64,000 bases of DNA from positions 1,037,811-1,101,810 of the forward strand of contig MPMM01000001.1 of assembly GCA_002238505.1 (NCBI GenBank), written 5' to 3'. The notes under the pieces were generated by a model. It was not told the origin of the DNA and did not search any database. It saw only the letters and a list, made by a program, of their open reading frames with translations. Within the stretch, counting starts at the first letter, position 1. Every line of letters begins with the position of its first letter. The translations under genes and the position numbers were made by a program. Positions 60,487 to 64,000 of the stretch are shown in pieces. The DNA comes from SAR202 cluster bacterium bin22. Lineage in GTDB: Bacteria > Chloroflexota > Dehalococcoidia > Lucifugimonadales > UBA3495.

Positions 60487-61155
60487 CTAGACCGGCCATT
60501 TCTCGAGGTTGTATGCCATTTCCCAGAACATGTACTCGAAACGAAGGCTGGTCAGGTAGGCATTGCCCATGGCAGCCACATCGTCGGGGCCAGCGCGTTC
60601 GGCAAGTCGGTTGACCAGGTTGCGGATGGTTTCGGCAAGTTCGGTGAATTCGGGCGACGTGTACATCTGAATCCACTGGCTGTATAGCGGAGCGTCCTGC
60701 GGTTCACCCTGGCGGGCAAGGTGGTCGCCAATTTCCCAGTAGCCCCACTGACATGGGACCAGCGAAGCAACCAGTTCGGGAAAGCTGCCCTGGTGCGCCA
60801 CACTTAACAGGTAGGAAGTGTAGGAGACGGTCGTGGGCGAGGGAACGGTGGTTTCCAACTCCACGGTGGTAATGCCGAACTCGGCGCAATAGCTGCGGTG
60901 CAGATCCATTTCAACGTTAAGGGTCTCGTCCAGCAGGCGGGCAAACCAGCCCATGGTGTCCAGTTCCGGGGCCCGGGCCGCCGCCATGGCCAGCACACGG
61001 CTGTAATCGATGAGATAAACGTAGTCCTGCAGCACATAGTGCTTGAATTTGTCCACTTCGAGGTCGCCGTTTCCCACTCCCATTACGAAGGGATGTTCCA
61101 GGATTGCCTGGCGAATGGGCAGGGCCCTCAGTTCAATGTCATCAGCAAAGGACAT
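60487..61155 (-). CDS. tenA: TenA/thiaminase II family protein
   Basis: Contains HPFVMGVGNGDLEVDKFKHYVLQDYVYLIDYSRVLA and EMDLHRSY. I chose the ATG at 61155 with a GGAGAA RBS. The ORF-track start at 61212 adds 19 non-conserved residues. Confidence 0.82.
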   Translation of the reverse strand: MSFADDIELRALPIRQAILEHPFVMGVGNGDLEVDKFKHYVLQDYVYLIDYSRVLAMAAARAPELDTMGWFARLLDETLNVEMDLHRSYCAEFGITTVELETTVPSPTTVSYTSYLLSVAHQGSFPELVASLVPCQWGYWEIGDHLARQGEPQDAPLYSQWIQMYTSPEFTELAETIRNLVNRLAERAGPDDVAAMGNAYLTSLRFEYMFWEMAYNLEKWPV

Positions 61156-61455
61156 CGGAGTTCTCCATTGGAAGTTCAAGTGGCCAGAAATTATTGAATA
61201 CTCCGGAATCATATCCGGATGGATTATTGGGGGTCAATTGAAAGTACACACGGCTCAGGGCCAACGCGGTTCGCAGACTGCACCGGACCATTCAACTGGA
61301 TACGGAGGTCAACCTTCGCTTGGCTGAGGGCACAGATTACACACCTCCATAATCTATTTGACCTCGCCAGGTGACATGGACCGGATGTTGGGAATGCATT
61401 TTTCCGGTATAATGTCGTGACCAAATATGCCTATCAACCAGGAAAGGTAAACGCC

Positions 61456-61905
61456 ATGCAAGTGATTTTTCTGCAGGATGTGGCCAACCAGGCCCATGCC
61501 GGTGACATTAAGCGGGTAGCCGACGGGTACGCCAGGAATTACCTGATTCCAAAGGGGCTGGCTGAAGTGGTCACGCCCGAAATTCTGAAGCGGGCCCACA
61601 AAATCAAGGTCGCCGGCGACCAGCAGCGAGCCAGGGAAACCCAGGTAATGGAGGAACTGGCCCAGATTCTGGACAACACTACAATCAACGTGGCCGCCCG
61701 GGTCACGCCCACCGGACGTTACTACGGCGCAATCACCGACACCCGAATCGCTGAATGTCTTTCCGAGACTTTGGACCGGGAAATAGACCGCCGCCTGGTT
61801 TCCACCATCGATCCCATCCGCGAACCGGGGGAGTACGAGGCCGTACTGCGTTTGTCGTCGGACATTACCGCTACGATAAACATTGTGGCCGACATAGAAG
61901 TGTAG
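61456..61905 (+). CDS. rplI: 50S ribosomal protein L9
   Basis: MQVIFLQDVANQAHAGDIKRVADGYARNYLIPKGLA is the canonical L9 N-terminus. The ORF-track start at 61417 adds 13 residues. Confidence 0.93.
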   Translation: MQVIFLQDVANQAHAGDIKRVADGYARNYLIPKGLAEVVTPEILKRAHKIKVAGDQQRARETQVMEELAQILDNTTINVAARVTPTGRYYGAITDTRIAECLSETLDREIDRRLVSTIDPIREPGEYEAVLRLSSDITATINIVADIEV

Positions 61906-61908
61906 GAA

Positions 61909-63279
61909 ATGTACGCGGAGCAACTCCTTCCCCACAGCATTGAGGCGGAGGAGGCGGTAATAGGGTCGCTGTTAATTGACAGCGACTCTTTTCTCGACAT
62001 CTCCCACCTGATATCGCCGGATGACTTCTACCGGGACCGCAATCGGCTGTGCTTCGCTGCCTGCGCCGAACTGTTCCGCCGGGGCGACGCAATTGACCAG
62101 ATAACTGTCGCCCGGGAGCTGCAACGTACCGACAACCTGGAAAATGCCGGCGGCATGGCCTACCTCAGCCACCTCGTTTCCACCACCCCCACATCATCTC
62201 ACGCCGGCTACTACGCTCAGGTGGTATATAACACATCCACCATGCGCCGGCTCATCGAAGCCGGTTCCGGCATTTCCGCTATTGGTTACCGGGACAGCGA
62301 CGACGTAGAAAGCACCCTGCGGCAGGCGGAAGACCTGCTCTTTAACGTCCGCACCCGGCGGCAAGAACGCGGGTTCATACCGCTGCGCCAGATTTACGAC
62401 CAATTCCTGGAGGAAAGGGCATCCATAGGCGACCCGCTGGATGATACAGCCCCAGTATTGACCGGATATAACGATCTGGACGAGTTACTGGGCGGGATGC
62501 AGCGGTCCGATATGCTTATCCTGGGCGCCCGCCCCGGGCTGGGCAAGAGCGCGCTGGCGGTGAATGTCTCCATAAATGCGGCCCGGCAGGGTTCCACCGT
62601 GGGCATATTCAGCCTGGAAATGAGCCGGGAGCAGCTGGCGCTGCGTATCCTGGCAGGAGACGCGGAGGTAGATGCCCACCGGTTGCGCCTGGGCCTTTAC
62701 ACGGAGGCGGAAGAGCAGCGAATCATTGACTCCATCGGCAACCTTTCTGAATTGCCGGTGTTCATTGATGACACGCCCTTCCAGGGCATTCCGGAAATGC
62801 GCAGCAAGGCGCGCCGATTGTCCCTTAGCCCGGGAGGTTTGGACCTGCTGATTGTGGACTACCTGCAATTAATCCAGGGCCAGGGCCGGATGCGCGGCAC
62901 CGAGAACCGGGTGCAGGAAATCAGCGAGATTTCCCGCAACCTCAAGGGCATTGCCCGGGACTTGCGATTGCCCATCATTACCTGCTCCCAGCTTAGCCGG
63001 GTAGTGGAAGGGCGCCCGGGCCACCGGCCATTGCTTTCGGACCTGAGGGACAGCGGAAGCATTGAGCAGGACGCTGACATAGTTATGTTTATCTACCGGG
63101 AGGATGTGTACTACACTGAGGACGAATGGGACCAGCATTTTCCCGACCGGCCATTCCCCCGGAACATAGCGGAGATAATCGTGGCCAAACACCGCCACGG
63201 CCCCACGGGAGCCGTCAAGATGCGCTTCCGCAACAACCTGGTAAGGTTCGACGCCCTGGGGCGGGAGGATGACTTTTAG
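61909..63279 (+). CDS. dnaB: Replicative DNA helicase DnaB
   Basis: 456 aa with PHSIEAEEAVIGSLL, Walker A GARPGLGKSA, IVDYLQLI and SQLSR..E.R....P.LSDLRDSGSIEQDADIV. Confidence 0.97.
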   Translation: MYAEQLLPHSIEAEEAVIGSLLIDSDSFLDISHLISPDDFYRDRNRLCFAACAELFRRGDAIDQITVARELQRTDNLENAGGMAYLSHLVSTTPTSSHAGYYAQVVYNTSTMRRLIEAGSGISAIGYRDSDDVESTLRQAEDLLFNVRTRRQERGFIPLRQIYDQFLEERASIGDPLDDTAPVLTGYNDLDELLGGMQRSDMLILGARPGLGKSALAVNVSINAARQGSTVGIFSLEMSREQLALRILAGDAEVDAHRLRLGLYTEAEEQRIIDSIGNLSELPVFIDDTPFQGIPEMRSKARRLSLSPGGLDLLIVDYLQLIQGQGRMRGTENRVQEISEISRNLKGIARDLRLPIITCSQLSRVVEGRPGHRPLLSDLRDSGSIEQDADIVMFIYREDVYYTEDEWDQHFPDRPFPRNIAEIIVAKHRHGPTGAVKMRFRNNLVRFDALGREDDF

Positions 63280-63281
63280 CC

Positions 63282-64000
63282 ATGCCGTTTGAAGGATTCC
63301 CCCGGAATGTTCGTGCCACGCCGGTGCCCGACCCGATTTTCAACTCACTGCTGGAAGAGATCGAAGACCTGGCGGAGTTGAAGGTTACCCTGCGCCTGAT
63401 CTGGCTGCTGGGGCAGCAGCGGGGGCAGATAAGATACGTGGCCGAGCGAAACCTCGAGTCAGATTCAACAATCCTGTTGGCGCTCCGGAGCATGGGAGGA
63501 GACCCCCGGGAACGAATCCAGCAGGGTTTGGCTTTGGCAGTGACGCGGGGTACCCTGCTGCGCCGGTCATCTGAAGACTTTACCGAACGATTCTATTTGC
63601 TGAATACGGAAGAAAACCGGAGGTCACTGGAAAAACGATCGGCAACGTTTGCGCCCTCCGGCATTTCGCCAGACAACACGGACCGGGGAGAGCAGCAGGT
63701 CCGCTCTGTCGCCGGGGTCAGCAGCATTTATGACCTGTATGAGGACAACATCGGGACGATCGGGCCACTGATGGCGGAACAATTGGCGGAGGCGGAAGAG
63801 CGGTATCCGCCCCGGTGGATTGAGGAAGCATTCAGCATTGCCATCAATGAAAACAAGCGGTCGTGGCGTTACATTGCCGGTATTCTGCGGCGGTGGGCCG
63901 CCGAGGGCAGGGGCGGGTTGGAAGTCCGGGATGAGGCAAGTTCGGACCCGCAGCCCGGTATTGGTGTGAAAGCCGGAGCTACCCTATGGGAAGAGGATGG
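63282..64000 (+). CDS. DnaD-domain replication protein, partial; runs off the right edge
   Basis: Not in the ORF track because there is no stop. The ATG lies 2 nt after the dnaB stop and the frame stays open to 64000. IYDLYEDNIGTIGPLMAEQLAEAEERYPPRWIEEAFSIAINENKRSWRYIAGILRRWAAEG matches the DnaD C-terminal domain (DnaB_2) signature. Confidence 0.7.
   Translation, partial: MPFEGFPRNVRATPVPDPIFNSLLEEIEDLAELKVTLRLIWLLGQQRGQIRYVAERNLESDSTILLALRSMGGDPRERIQQGLALAVTRGTLLRRSSEDFTERFYLLNTEENRRSLEKRSATFAPSGISPDNTDRGEQQVRSVAGVSSIYDLYEDNIGTIGPLMAEQLAEAEERYPPRWIEEAFSIAINENKRSWRYIAGILRRWAAEGRGGLEVRDEASSDPQPGIGVKAGATLWEED

Noticed and set aside
61156-61330. TPP (THI-box) riboswitch upstream of tenA
   Set aside because: The minus strand has CUGAGC, ACCCCC and AUCCGGAUAUGAUUCCGGAG, which loosely recall the THI-box CUGAGA...ACCC...CCUGAUCUGGAUAAUGCCAGCG. 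However, the spacing (about 22 nt versus about 4 nt), the missing P3 helix before CUGAG and the G-to-C change in UGAGA do not fit. It could still be checked with cmsearch.

Overview
A 64-kb, high-GC bacterial chromosomal segment with about 55 protein genes, dense on both strands. My guess is a Chloroflexota (SAR202/Dehalococcoidia-like) genome. That guess is inference only, based on an unlinked 23S rRNA gene, a T-box leader, many CoA-metabolism paralogs and GC-rich palindromic intergenic repeats. Housekeeping genes I recognise with confidence are groES-groEL (with a CIRCE operator), leuCD, pepN, metH, fhs, panD, ilvB (with a T-box leader), rplI-dnaB, an initiator tRNA-Met and a 23S rRNA gene. 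The remainder is mostly catabolic: 4 crotonase-fold enzymes, 2 family-III CoA-transferases, 2 ScoA-like subunits plus a partial ScoB, an acyl-CoA synthetase, 2 TPP enzymes, 2 D-serine-dehydratase/D-threonine-aldolase-like paralogs, a D-aminoacylase, PrpD/MmgE, an SMP-30 lactonase, a Mo-hydroxylase large subunit and a SulP permease. The main things worth a second look are as follows. (1) A 376-nt ORF-less group I intron splits the 23S rRNA at the L1923 (I-CeuI) site. (2) The 23S gene has its own consensus promoter, no 16S or 5S partner, and an initiator tRNA downstream. (3) A panD operon is translationally coupled to a betaine-type N-methyltransferase plus a second methyltransferase, which could be a bacterial beta-alanine betaine route, and it is preceded by a promoter-to-terminator ~150-nt RNA. 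(4) A small AT-richer two-gene cassette encodes an RHH protein and a Gly/Ser-rich GIY-YIG protein behind a consensus promoter. (5) Two ~0.5-kb composite clusters of GC-rich palindromic repeat modules fill two divergent-promoter regions. (6) Of the tandem PLP-enzyme paralogs, one lacks both motif lysines. (7) A DnaD-domain gene is coupled to dnaB. All coordinates were read by eye from the sequence. RNA and motif boundaries are approximate, within a few nt.
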